NCBI GenBank assembly: GCA_048940925.1
Contig: JBHLOC010000011.1
Coordinates: 38,453-102,452, forward strand
Reading direction: 5' to 3'
Origin: Promethearchaeota archaeon
GTDB lineage: Archaea; Asgardarchaeota; Lokiarchaeia; Sigyniarchaeales; SOKP01
Length of the DNA: 64,000 nucleotides
Every line of letters starts with the position of its first letter. Position 1 is the stretch's first letter. A program made the position numbers and the translations under genes. A model generated the notes under the pieces. That model did not search any database. It worked only from the letters and a program-made list of their open reading frames with translations, and was not told where the DNA came from. Shown here in pieces: positions 20,776 through 29,501 of this stretch.

Positions 20776-20824
20776 ATTTAAACAAAATTTTTTTTATTTT
20801 ATATTTCAAAAATGGTGATGATAA

Positions 20825-21382
20825 ACGTCTGAAGTAAAAGAAGAAATAAGAGAATTTAAAACAGACGAAGATTTTGATACAGAATTTTTTAAAGATATTG
20901 AAAGAAGGTCAAATATTTGGCAGTGCATCCAATGTGGCACATGCACCGCTAGCTGTGAAAGTGGGAGATGGACTGCTTTAAAAACTCGTATAATTGTGAG
21001 AAAAGTTGTTTTAGGAGATTTATCGGTATTAAAAGATCCTGATATTTGGTTGTGTACAACATGTTATCAGTGTTATGAACGATGTCCGCGTGATGTAAGA
21101 CCTACAGATGTAATTATGGAATTGCGAAATTATGCAACTAAGTTGGGTAACATTTCTCCTAATCATAGGGCTGTAGTAGGATATTTAAAGAATTTTGGAC
21201 ATGCTGTTCCAATAAATGAAGAAGTAAGAAAAAGACGAGTTGAATTAGGGTTAGAAGAATTACCCCCTACTGCATTTAGATTTAAACAGGAAGGGGACGA
21301 TAAAGATTTGAAAAATATAGAAGAAAATTTGTTTTATTTACCTCCAATTAAGGAGGGCAAAAAAAGTAAAGAGGAGTCTTAA
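20825..21382 (+). CDS. hdrC: Heterodisulfide reductase subunit C
   Basis: Frame is open 57 codons upstream of the ORF-track GTG and includes CIQCGTCTASC; second motif IWLCTTCYQCYERCPR. Apparent ACG start behind GGTGA. Confidence 0.9.
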   Translation, partial: TSEVKEEIREFKTDEDFDTEFFKDIERRSNIWQCIQCGTCTASCESGRWTALKTRIIVRKVVLGDLSVLKDPDIWLCTTCYQCYERCPRDVRPTDVIMELRNYATKLGNISPNHRAVVGYLKNFGHAVPINEEVRKRRVELGLEELPPTAFRFKQEGDDKDLKNIEENLFYLPPIKEGKKSKEES

Positions 21383-21385
21383 AAT

Positions 21386-22303
21386 ATGACGAAAGAAAAT
21401 ACATTTGCTTTTTTTCTTGGATGTATAATGCCTAATCGATATCCTGCGATTGAAAAAGCGACTAAATTTGTCATGGAAAAGTTAGGATACGAGTTGTTAG
21501 AAATGGAACGTGCGACTTGTTGTCCAGCGCCTGGTGTTTTCCGTTCGTTTAACAAAGTAGATTGGATGGTAACTGCCGCAAGAAATCTATGTATTGCGGA
21601 AAAGTTGGATGCTGATATCTTGACCGTGTGCAATGGATGTTTTGGTACGCTTCAAGAAGTAAATAGGCATTTAAAAGAAAATGAGGAACATCGAGAATTA
21701 GTGAATGAAAGGCTTAAGCTGATTGGTGATTACGAATTTAAAGGGACTATTAACGTTCGACATGTTGCAGAAGTCTTAGGATATGAAGTAGGACCTTGGG
21801 GAATTGAGGATCATATTGTAAGAAAAGTGAATGCTAATGTTGCAGTTCATTACGGTTGTCACTTCTTAAAGCCAACAAGGATACGTGAAATTGAAAGTTC
21901 AGAAAATCCAACTATCATTGAAGAATTTATTGGAGCTTTAGGAGTACAATCAGTTCGATTTAAAGAACAACTTACTTGTTGCGGTGCAGGAGGCGGCGTT
22001 AAGGCATATTCTGGGGATTCAAGTATGACAATTTTCGCAGAGAAAATGAAAAACATTGACGAAGTAAAACCAGACTTCATATTGGATATCTGTCCATTCT
22101 GTCATTTACAATTTGAAACGGGGCAGGATTACTTAAACAAGAATAAAGCATGCAATTACGATTATCCTGTAATTCACCTTTCCCAGCTTGTTGCGTATTG
22201 TATGGGAATGGACCAAGAATTTGTAGGATTACAGTATCAATTAATGGGAAGAGATTATATTTTTGGCGGAGAAGAAGTTAAAAAAGGGGAGGAGGCTATT
22301 TAA
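21386..22303 (+). CDS. hdrB: Heterodisulfide reductase subunit B (two CCG domains)
   Basis: FLGC, CCPAPG, CNGC, HYGCH, CCGAGGG, CPFCHLQ. Confidence 0.96.
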   Translation: MTKENTFAFFLGCIMPNRYPAIEKATKFVMEKLGYELLEMERATCCPAPGVFRSFNKVDWMVTAARNLCIAEKLDADILTVCNGCFGTLQEVNRHLKENEEHRELVNERLKLIGDYEFKGTINVRHVAEVLGYEVGPWGIEDHIVRKVNANVAVHYGCHFLKPTRIREIESSENPTIIEEFIGALGVQSVRFKEQLTCCGAGGGVKAYSGDSSMTIFAEKMKNIDEVKPDFILDICPFCHLQFETGQDYLNKNKACNYDYPVIHLSQLVAYCMGMDQEFVGLQYQLMGRDYIFGGEEVKKGEEAI

Positions 22304-24340
22304 ATGACAATCAAAGAAGAAAAGCTAAAAGAAACAAGCGAAATTCGGAGCGAAATAGAACAAATAAAAGAAGAAGACCCACGAATTGGAGTTTTTATAT
22401 GTCATTGTGGGCATAATATTGCAGGGACCGTTGATGTGGCGGATGTTGCTGAATACGCAAAAACTTTACCCAATGTTGTCAATGCAGAACATTATATGTT
22501 TATGTGCAGTAAACCAGGAGTTCAAATGGTTAAGGATTCTATTAAAGAGTTAGGAGTTAACAGAACAGTAGTGGCATCGTGTTCAAAAAATCAGCACGGA
22601 AGAACATTCGCTAATGCTATTCAAGAAATGGGATTAAACAAACATCGGCACCAGCAGGTAAATATAAGAGAATTTGACAGTTGGGTGCATCAAAAAGAAA
22701 AAGAAAAAGCTACGTTAAAGGCAAAACGATTAGTTGAAGCAGGAGTTAATAGAGCGAGAAAACTAAAGGATGTGGAAACACGTAGAATAGGAACCACAAA
22801 AGCTGCCTTAGTAATTGGTGGGGGTATCGCTGGTCTTCGCGCATCTCACGATCTAGCGGAATTAGGAATTCCAGTCTATCTCATAGAGCGAGAATCAACG
22901 ATAGGAGGTCACATGACCCAATTGAATAAAACATTTCCTACTTTGGAATGTCCACAATGTTCAATATCTCCACTTACTAATGGAGTTGCGAACCATCCAT
23001 TAATCGAACTTTATACGAATGCACAGATAAAAGAAGTTGAAGGCTCGATGGGTAATTTTGAAGTGGCAGTAGAGATTAAACCACGATATATTAAAGATAA
23101 TTGTACTTCATGTGGAGAGTGCGCAATTCATTGTCCAGTGGAAGTTCCTAGTGAGTGGGATAAAGGCATGTCAATGAGACACGCTATTTATAAAGCCTAT
23201 CCACAAGCAATTCCCGCTACTTATGTAAGAGACAAAAAGAATTGTATTGAGTGTAATACTTGCATTAATGTATGTCCCGTACAAGCTGTTGATTTTTCAA
23301 TGCAACCGGAGACCAAAAGGTTTAAAGTAGGCTCAATAGTAGTAGCTGCAGGATACGAAGAATACGATCCTTCAGAGATTGAGCCATATCATTATAAACA
23401 AGAAGGATACGAAAATGTTATAACGCAACTTCAATTAGAACGAATGCTGGCTCCAGGGTCGCTTACTAACAGTCAAGTATTACGCCCATCGGATGCAAAA
23501 GTACCAAAGAATGTGGTAATGATTCAATGCGTAGGAAGCAGAAACGATCAAGTAGGAAACCAATATTGCACTGGTGTTTGTTGTAAATTTGCTGTTAAAA
23601 ACGCAAGAATTGTTAAGGAAATGTATCCTAACACAAATGTTACCATTTGTTATATCGATGTTAGGACACCTGGATTGAATTTCGAGGAACTATACAAGTC
23701 TGCTCAAGAAGTTGGAGTGCGCTTTATTAGAGGGAGACCGTCAGAAATCATTAGAGATCCTGTCTCTGGAGAGTTAAAAGTTAGCGTTGAAGATACCTTA
23801 AGTCAAACACCTTTAAGACTTAAAGGCGATTTAGTTGTACTCTCCGCAGCGATGGTTCCACCACAAGGAATTGGTCCTTTAGGGTCAAAACTACAAGTTC
23901 TAAGGTCAAAAGAAGGATTTCTAAAAGAATTTCATATTAAAATGAATCCTACTTTAAGCAGTAAAGGGGGTATCTTTTTAGCAGGAGCAATTCAAGGACC
24001 GAAAGATATCTCAGAATCGGTTGCTCACGCAGGAAGTGCTGCAGCGATAGCAGCTGCTCCGTTAGTAAAGGGTTATATTGAAAAAGAAATGCTAATCCCG
24101 TCTGTAGATTTAGATTTATGTGTTAGATGTGGACTGTGCAAAACCGTTTGTTCTCCTGCAGCTATTCAAATGAGTGGGGATGGAACGCCCGTGATTAACG
24201 AAGTTGCGTGTAAATCTTGCGGTATGTGCATGCCTGCGTGTCCAACTGGAGCAATACAATTGTTAAATTTTAGTGACGAACAATTATTAGATGAAATAAT
24301 CGCCGTATCAGGCGGAGGTGTTATTTGCGAAAATGAGTGA
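22304..24340 (+). CDS. hdrA: Heterodisulfide reductase subunit A (FAD, Fe-S)
   Basis: IGVFICHCGHNI, VNIRE, GGGIAG, KTFPTLECPQC, inserted and C-terminal 2x[4Fe-4S] domains, QCVGSR, YCTGVCC, QGPKDI. Confidence 0.97.
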   Translation: MTIKEEKLKETSEIRSEIEQIKEEDPRIGVFICHCGHNIAGTVDVADVAEYAKTLPNVVNAEHYMFMCSKPGVQMVKDSIKELGVNRTVVASCSKNQHGRTFANAIQEMGLNKHRHQQVNIREFDSWVHQKEKEKATLKAKRLVEAGVNRARKLKDVETRRIGTTKAALVIGGGIAGLRASHDLAELGIPVYLIERESTIGGHMTQLNKTFPTLECPQCSISPLTNGVANHPLIELYTNAQIKEVEGSMGNFEVAVEIKPRYIKDNCTSCGECAIHCPVEVPSEWDKGMSMRHAIYKAYPQAIPATYVRDKKNCIECNTCINVCPVQAVDFSMQPETKRFKVGSIVVAAGYEEYDPSEIEPYHYKQEGYENVITQLQLERMLAPGSLTNSQVLRPSDAKVPKNVVMIQCVGSRNDQVGNQYCTGVCCKFAVKNARIVKEMYPNTNVTICYIDVRTPGLNFEELYKSAQEVGVRFIRGRPSEIIRDPVSGELKVSVEDTLSQTPLRLKGDLVVLSAAMVPPQGIGPLGSKLQVLRSKEGFLKEFHIKMNPTLSSKGGIFLAGAIQGPKDISESVAHAGSAAAIAAAPLVKGYIEKEMLIPSVDLDLCVRCGLCKTVCSPAAIQMSGDGTPVINEVACKSCGMCMPACPTGAIQLLNFSDEQLLDEIIAVSGGGVICENE

Positions 24341-24785
24341 ATGCGAATATATTGAGCCAGAAGTACTCGAGAAAATGGAAAATATAGTTGTATTTATGTG
24401 TAACGAATGTGGTCAGGGATCAGCAAATACGGCTGGTGTAGCCCGAATGTCCTATAATCCAGCTATACGTATAGTTAGGGTTCAATGTACGGGACAAGTC
24501 GGTCCTATTCAAATAATGGATGCACTTGATAATGGTGCTGATGCTGTGGCCTGCATAGGCTGTTGTTTGGGTGCTTGCCACTTCTTTAACGGTAACATTC
24601 TTTCAATGCACAGAATTAAACTTTTGAAAAAATTATTCAAAGAATTAGGGTATAGCGATCAATTTGTAAATCAGTATACTTCACGAGCCGCGGAAGCAGA
24701 AACTGCGGTTGGGGATTTTGAGGATTTAGTAGAGCGTTTAGCTACAGCAATTAGAGAGGAGGGAACATTTAAAGATGGATGTTAA
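24333..24785 (+). CDS. mvhD: MvhD/FlpD-type [2Fe-2S] subunit
   Basis: FMCNEC, RIVRVQCTG, GADAV..GC..GACHF..GN. ATG 24333 overlaps the hdrA stop. Confidence 0.9.
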   Translation: MSECEYIEPEVLEKMENIVVFMCNECGQGSANTAGVARMSYNPAIRIVRVQCTGQVGPIQIMDALDNGADAVACIGCCLGACHFFNGNILSMHRIKLLKKLFKELGYSDQFVNQYTSRAAEAETAVGDFEDLVERLATAIREEGTFKDGC

Positions 24786-26010
24786 AGTGTTTCAATTTAA
24801 CGGATGCAATAAATGTTTTAATGAAAGCATATTATTGAAAGGTGATTCAAGCTATAAAGTAGAGTTTGTCTCTGATCCCAGAAGTTGGAAAGAGGAAAAA
24901 GCAGATGTCTCTATAATTACTGGTTATCTATTACCGGATGATAAGGAGATATTGAATAAAATAAAATTAAATTCAGATAAAATTATTGCTTATGGGGATT
25001 GTACGACCACAGGAGGAGTCTTTGCCTTATCAAATCAACGAGGACATGAAGTGACGCCATTGCAAGACTTAATTGATGGCGTTATAAATATTAATGGTTG
25101 TTTAGGTGAGATCGAGGAACTTCAATCTGAAATAAAAGGTGAAGAATTACCAAAGTTGAAGAATCTATGCACAGTGTGTGGTCGTAGGAAAACTTGTGAT
25201 TACCTAGAACAAGTTAATCGTCAAATAGAATTAGATGACGAAGAAAAGTGTTTTAATGATCTTGGATACCTATGCAATGGGTTTATTGCTAAAGAATGTA
25301 AAGAACGATGTATAGATTACAATGCTCCATGTCGTGGCTGCAAGCCAACAATTGAACGCTCGGGAATTCGAATGTTAGGGATGTTTGGTACACTAATGGG
25401 TAATATCGAAGTTGCCACAGAACATTCTGAAAAAGGAGCCACAGATAAATTAGCAGATAAAGACGACGAAATTACAGCGAGCTTACCAGATGTAATTGGA
25501 AATTTCTTTAGATTCACACTTCCCAAATCAGGTTTACCTAAAGGGAGGATACCCTCTTCGGGAAGTTTATTAGAGGACGTATTTACGGGTAGATTAATTG
25601 AAGAATTACCATTAATTTCAGGTTTATTAGGTGGAGATCATTCCATATCTTTATCGCTTAAAATTCTGGAAACCTACGAACAAGCTAATAATATAGAAGT
25701 GAGTGAAACAACAAAACTATACAGAAGGAATTTACTGAATTTAGAATCGGAGTTAATAGAAGCAATAAAGGATAAAGATCCTAAGAAGTACAAAGAAGTG
25801 ACTGATAACATTCGAAAAATAGGGGGAAACATGAATTTATCTAATCTATATTATGGGGGATTCAAAACGCAAATTGACGATAAAGATAATTTTGAAGAAT
25901 ATAAAACCCACATTTTTGATGTGGTTGAGGGAACCTATAAAAACGGTTCAGTTGAATTTACGATTGATTCAACGGGTATTGTAAAAAAAATTAAAATAAA
26001 AGAGGGATAA
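24775..26010 (+). CDS. MvhG-like [NiFe]-hydrogenase small-subunit homologue with ~150-aa C-terminal extension
   Basis: GCNKC, AYGDCTTTGG, INGC, CTVC, CFNDLGYLCNG, CRGC, DVIGNFFRFTLP, then the extension. Confidence 0.85.
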   Translation: MDVKVFQFNGCNKCFNESILLKGDSSYKVEFVSDPRSWKEEKADVSIITGYLLPDDKEILNKIKLNSDKIIAYGDCTTTGGVFALSNQRGHEVTPLQDLIDGVININGCLGEIEELQSEIKGEELPKLKNLCTVCGRRKTCDYLEQVNRQIELDDEEKCFNDLGYLCNGFIAKECKERCIDYNAPCRGCKPTIERSGIRMLGMFGTLMGNIEVATEHSEKGATDKLADKDDEITASLPDVIGNFFRFTLPKSGLPKGRIPSSGSLLEDVFTGRLIEELPLISGLLGGDHSISLSLKILETYEQANNIEVSETTKLYRRNLLNLESELIEAIKDKDPKKYKEVTDNIRKIGGNMNLSNLYYGGFKTQIDDKDNFEEYKTHIFDVVEGTYKNGSVEFTIDSTGIVKKIKIKEG

Positions 26011-26012
26011 AC

Positions 26013-28481
26013 ATGAGTTTTGCATTATTAAAAGCTGAAATAGTAGACGCGGGATTGTGTCAAGGGTGTGGATTATGTTCTGGATCTTGTAAGCACATTG
26101 AAATGGAGGTAAGGCGCCCAACTCTTAAAGATTATTGTATTTTAGAGAGAGATGGTCAAGATTGTGGAAAGTGTTATCAATTATGCCCTCAAGTAATCCA
26201 GAAGAAGTTTAAAGAAAAGCAACCGTTAGCAATATATTCCTTGAAAAGTAAAAATCCTGAGATTCTTACCAAAGCTTCTAGTGGAGGATTTGTTACTACT
26301 TTCGTTAAAGAATTATTAGAAAATCAAATCCTTAAGAAAGTTGTCATGGTTAAAGAGGAAGATGAGAAACCAACCGCTGAAATTGTTAGCGATCCGGACG
26401 AAGTAGTTCAGAAAGCGGGAGTCGTTTATGGTAGATCAGGAGTTTTAAAGCGATTAGTTGAAGTAACGGGTGAAACATTTGATCAAATAGGAATCGTTGG
26501 TGTTCCGTGTGAAATGCGTGGAGCTTCTGAAATTGAAGAAGAAATGAAAAGAGATATCTTAAAGATAGGCCTATTTTGTAACTCTCAAATTCGAACTGAA
26601 GAGACAGATAAAGGTTTAGTGTGTTCACCATGCTGTAATAACTGTCCTTCGGGAGTTAATGCTCAAGGGTATATTTCGCTGATACGTCAAGGCAAATATC
26701 AGGAGGCAGTAAATTTAATAAGAGAAAACAATCCACTTCCTTCTATTTGTGGTAGAATTTGTACAAACGAATGCGAATTTGGATGTACTTTGATAGGGGA
26801 TGATCATCCTGTTGCAATTCGAGAATTAAAGAAATTTGTAACAGAATGGGAGATTGAACAAGCAAAAACGACTCCGAAGAAGGGATTAAAATTAAAGAAG
26901 AACGCAAAAAAGGTTGCTATTATAGGTTCTGGTCCCGCAGGACTAACTGCTGCCTTTTATTTAAGAAAAAGAGGATATGCTCCTACTATCTTTGAAAAAA
27001 CCGATAAGACTGGTGGTATGCTACGATTTGGAGTTCCCCAATTTAGATTACCCAACTATGTGTTAGATTACGATGTTCAAAGAATCATAGATTCTGGAGT
27101 TAAAGTAGAGTTTAATAAACCATTAGGGCCTGATATGACAATAGAAGACTTAAAAAATAACGGATATGAAGCTATTTTCATTGCTACTGGTCAATATAAA
27201 CCTCGAACCTTACATTTAGAAGGAGAAGACTTTCCAAATGTATTCGTCGCAATAAATTTTCTAATAGACAGAAAATATCGATATTGGGAAAATAAAGAAG
27301 AATTTAAAGGAAAAACCATTGGTGTAATCGGAGGAGGACCCGTTGCTGTAGATGTTGCTCAAACAGCTCTAAGATTAGGTGCTGAAAAAGTCCATTTAGT
27401 AGACATCATGTCTGAAAAAGAATTAGAATTAGTTTTAAGGGAAATCCCCGAAAATGAAATGGCCTTTATACAATATCATTTCGAGAGTTCCACCTCAAAA
27501 ATCACTCAGAATACTAAGGGTAAATTGTTATTGAATTGCTATAATATCGAATGGGGAATACCGGATGAGAATGGAAGAAAACCCTTGAATAAAGTTGAGA
27601 GTTCTGATTATCAAATCCCTGTTGATATTATAGTGATAGCGGTGGGTCAAGCAGTAGATTTTGACCAAATAGACGATGCAACAAACAATAAATTGGAAAA
27701 AGAGCGAAATAAGATCAAAATAAACGAGATAACTTTTGAAACCAACATACCTGGAGTTTTTGCAGGTGGAGACATCGTTAATAATTCTAAAGCTGTAGCT
27801 ATTGCTGCGATCTCTCACGGAAAAGAGGCAGCAATTTCAATTGATAGGTATCTAAAGGGAGAAAACTTAGTGGATGGGAGATATAAGAGGGTAAATGCAT
27901 TTTTCAGTGGACCTAGAAAACCTCCGAAAGATTACTCCTTAAAACCAGAATCATTAGAAGATGCGACTGAGGAGATGAATTGGTCGTTTGATGAGATAGA
28001 TAAAATATTTAACGAAGATATGGCTCTACAAGAGGCAAGAAGGTGTTTAAGTTGTAATCATTTCTGTTCTCATTGCCAAGATTTCCCCGCAATATATTCA
28101 GATCTTACTGCGGGTGAAGTAGGTTCAAAGAAAGGCTATACTACAGTTGTAGCATGGACTCAACGAGGTAAAGAGCTTGTTGAGAAAGCAGTTGAAAATG
28201 GATTATTTGAACAAGGAAAAGTTGATGAAGAAGAATTAAAAAAGGCAATCAATCTAAAATCAAAACGCAAATTGATTACCTTTGAAAAAACTCCAAGACA
28301 ACAGGTGTTAAACTATATATCACTTCAGGGTCCTAGCACGATTACAAAGATCGCAAGCCAGACAGGTCTTGAACCTAAGAAAGCAAGATATGAAGCCCTG
28401 CGATTAGTTCAATTAATGCAATTAGAAATGAAAGCTGAACCTGATATGGAAGAACCAATATTTTCTATTATATGTGATTAA
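26013..28481 (+). CDS. Fusion: ferredoxin + FrhB/FdhB (F420-binding) domain with inserted GltD/NfnB-like FAD/NAD(P) oxidoreductase + C-terminal winged helix
   Basis: CQGCGLCSGSC, SSGG, GVPCE, IGLFC | PCCNNCP, CGRIC, GSGPAG, GGGPVA, FAGGD, EARRCLSC | CSHCQDF..DLTAGEVGSKKGYTTVVAWTQRG | HTH-like tail. Confidence 0.85.
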   Translation: MSFALLKAEIVDAGLCQGCGLCSGSCKHIEMEVRRPTLKDYCILERDGQDCGKCYQLCPQVIQKKFKEKQPLAIYSLKSKNPEILTKASSGGFVTTFVKELLENQILKKVVMVKEEDEKPTAEIVSDPDEVVQKAGVVYGRSGVLKRLVEVTGETFDQIGIVGVPCEMRGASEIEEEMKRDILKIGLFCNSQIRTEETDKGLVCSPCCNNCPSGVNAQGYISLIRQGKYQEAVNLIRENNPLPSICGRICTNECEFGCTLIGDDHPVAIRELKKFVTEWEIEQAKTTPKKGLKLKKNAKKVAIIGSGPAGLTAAFYLRKRGYAPTIFEKTDKTGGMLRFGVPQFRLPNYVLDYDVQRIIDSGVKVEFNKPLGPDMTIEDLKNNGYEAIFIATGQYKPRTLHLEGEDFPNVFVAINFLIDRKYRYWENKEEFKGKTIGVIGGGPVAVDVAQTALRLGAEKVHLVDIMSEKELELVLREIPENEMAFIQYHFESSTSKITQNTKGKLLLNCYNIEWGIPDENGRKPLNKVESSDYQIPVDIIVIAVGQAVDFDQIDDATNNKLEKERNKIKINEITFETNIPGVFAGGDIVNNSKAVAIAAISHGKEAAISIDRYLKGENLVDGRYKRVNAFFSGPRKPPKDYSLKPESLEDATEEMNWSFDEIDKIFNEDMALQEARRCLSCNHFCSHCQDFPAIYSDLTAGEVGSKKGYTTVVAWTQRGKELVEKAVENGLFEQGKVDEEELKKAINLKSKRKLITFEKTPRQQVLNYISLQGPSTITKIASQTGLEPKKARYEALRLVQLMQLEMKAEPDMEEPIFSIICD

Positions 28482-28521
28482 AAAAATAATTAAAAACAAT
28501 AAATACCAAGAGGTAAAAAAT

Positions 28522-28758
28522 ATGAAATTCGATATGGAATTAAATGTCTGTGGGTCTATATGCCCTGTTCCTGCTTTAAAAACTAAAAAACAACTCATGA
28601 AAATGAGACCTGGAACAGTTTTAAAAGTAATAACAGATTACAAACCCGCTAGTGAATCTGTTCCACGTGATTTGGCAAAAACAAAACATAAGCATTTAGG
28701 AACAGAATATATTGATGATGATGAGCAATGGTATATCTATTTTGAAGCAGTAAAGTAA
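28522..28758 (+). CDS. tusA: Second TusA-family sulfur carrier
   Basis: NVCGSICPVP (CPxP), LKVITD; GAGGT SD before ATG 28522. Confidence 0.9.
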   Translation: MKFDMELNVCGSICPVPALKTKKQLMKMRPGTVLKVITDYKPASESVPRDLAKTKHKHLGTEYIDDDEQWYIYFEAVK

Positions 28759-28770
28759 GTATCTTTAAAC

Positions 28771-28810
28771 TTATTTTTTTTATTCTTTCTTTTTTTATAA
28801 TTTCTTTTTA
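28771..28810 (+). terminator. U-tract archaeal-type terminator closing the Hdr cluster
   Basis: Several T runs directly after the tusA2 stop, in front of a convergent gene. Confidence 0.5.
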
Positions 28811-28811
28811 A

Positions 28812-29423
28812 CTATATATTAAAGTAAGAATCTCTTTCTAGGCGACCTTCATATTTTTTAGACACTGCTCTTTTTTCTCTATATAGAATTTCAAGCTCTA
28901 AATTTTCAAATAATTTGTCAGGTTCTTCATCATCAAGATAAGTGTGCATAACCTCCTCATCGTCATAAATTTCAACACATTCACCTGGATTCGGTTCTTT
29001 GCCTTTTCCATAACGGTCTGAATCTTTAGAGAGAAAGTTAACGAAACAGAACCCTCTAGGTTTTAATACCCAAATCATTTCATCTATGCTTTTCTTAATA
29101 TCTTTTTTATTCATATGAAATATAGTGTTCCAAGAGTATATATAGTCGAAATAATTGGATTCAAATGGAATTTTACGCATATCTCCTAGCTGCATATTCA
29201 ATTCCAAGTTATGTTATTTAGCATAATCCTGTGCCATATTAATTCTTTCTTCTAAATGTTCGATGCCGAGTATTTCAAAATCTAATTTAGCAAAAAGTGC
29301 TTGTTTTGGATAGGGTCCACCTGAACCACAATCTAGAATTGGTCCAGTAATATCAGATTCAGATATATAATTTAAAAAGTTGTAAAAAGGGGGAGGATAT
29401 AGCATCTCATTTGGTATGTTCAT
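28812..29423 (-). pseudogene. Class I SAM-dependent methyltransferase interrupted by an in-frame TAA
   Basis: ORFs 29214..29423 and 28812..29207 share one frame: ILDCGSGG...DYAK*HNLELNMQLGDMRKIPFESNYFD...VLKPRG. Confidence 0.8.
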
Positions 29424-29462
29424 GATAATTTAATCTCTGTATCTTGATTTATTAAATAAATG

Positions 29463-29501
29463 TTTTCATTTTACATTATATTTAAAATAATAATTAGTTT
29501 A
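29463..29501 (+). promoter_or_regulatory. Conserved upstream (TATA-like) motif shared by the three TPR-RING paralogues
   Basis: 36/39 identical to 33630-33668; core attatatttaaaa also at ~31992-32004. Confidence 0.55.

Noticed and set aside
24775-26010. Functional [NiFe]-hydrogenase
   Set aside because: No large subunit with RxCGxC and DPCxxC motifs and no maturation genes in the window.
18880-28758. Classical sHdr sulfur-oxidation or reverse-Dsr pathway
   Set aside because: Single canonical hdrC/hdrB, full-length hdrA plus mvhD; no lbpA, dsrAB or dsrC in the window.
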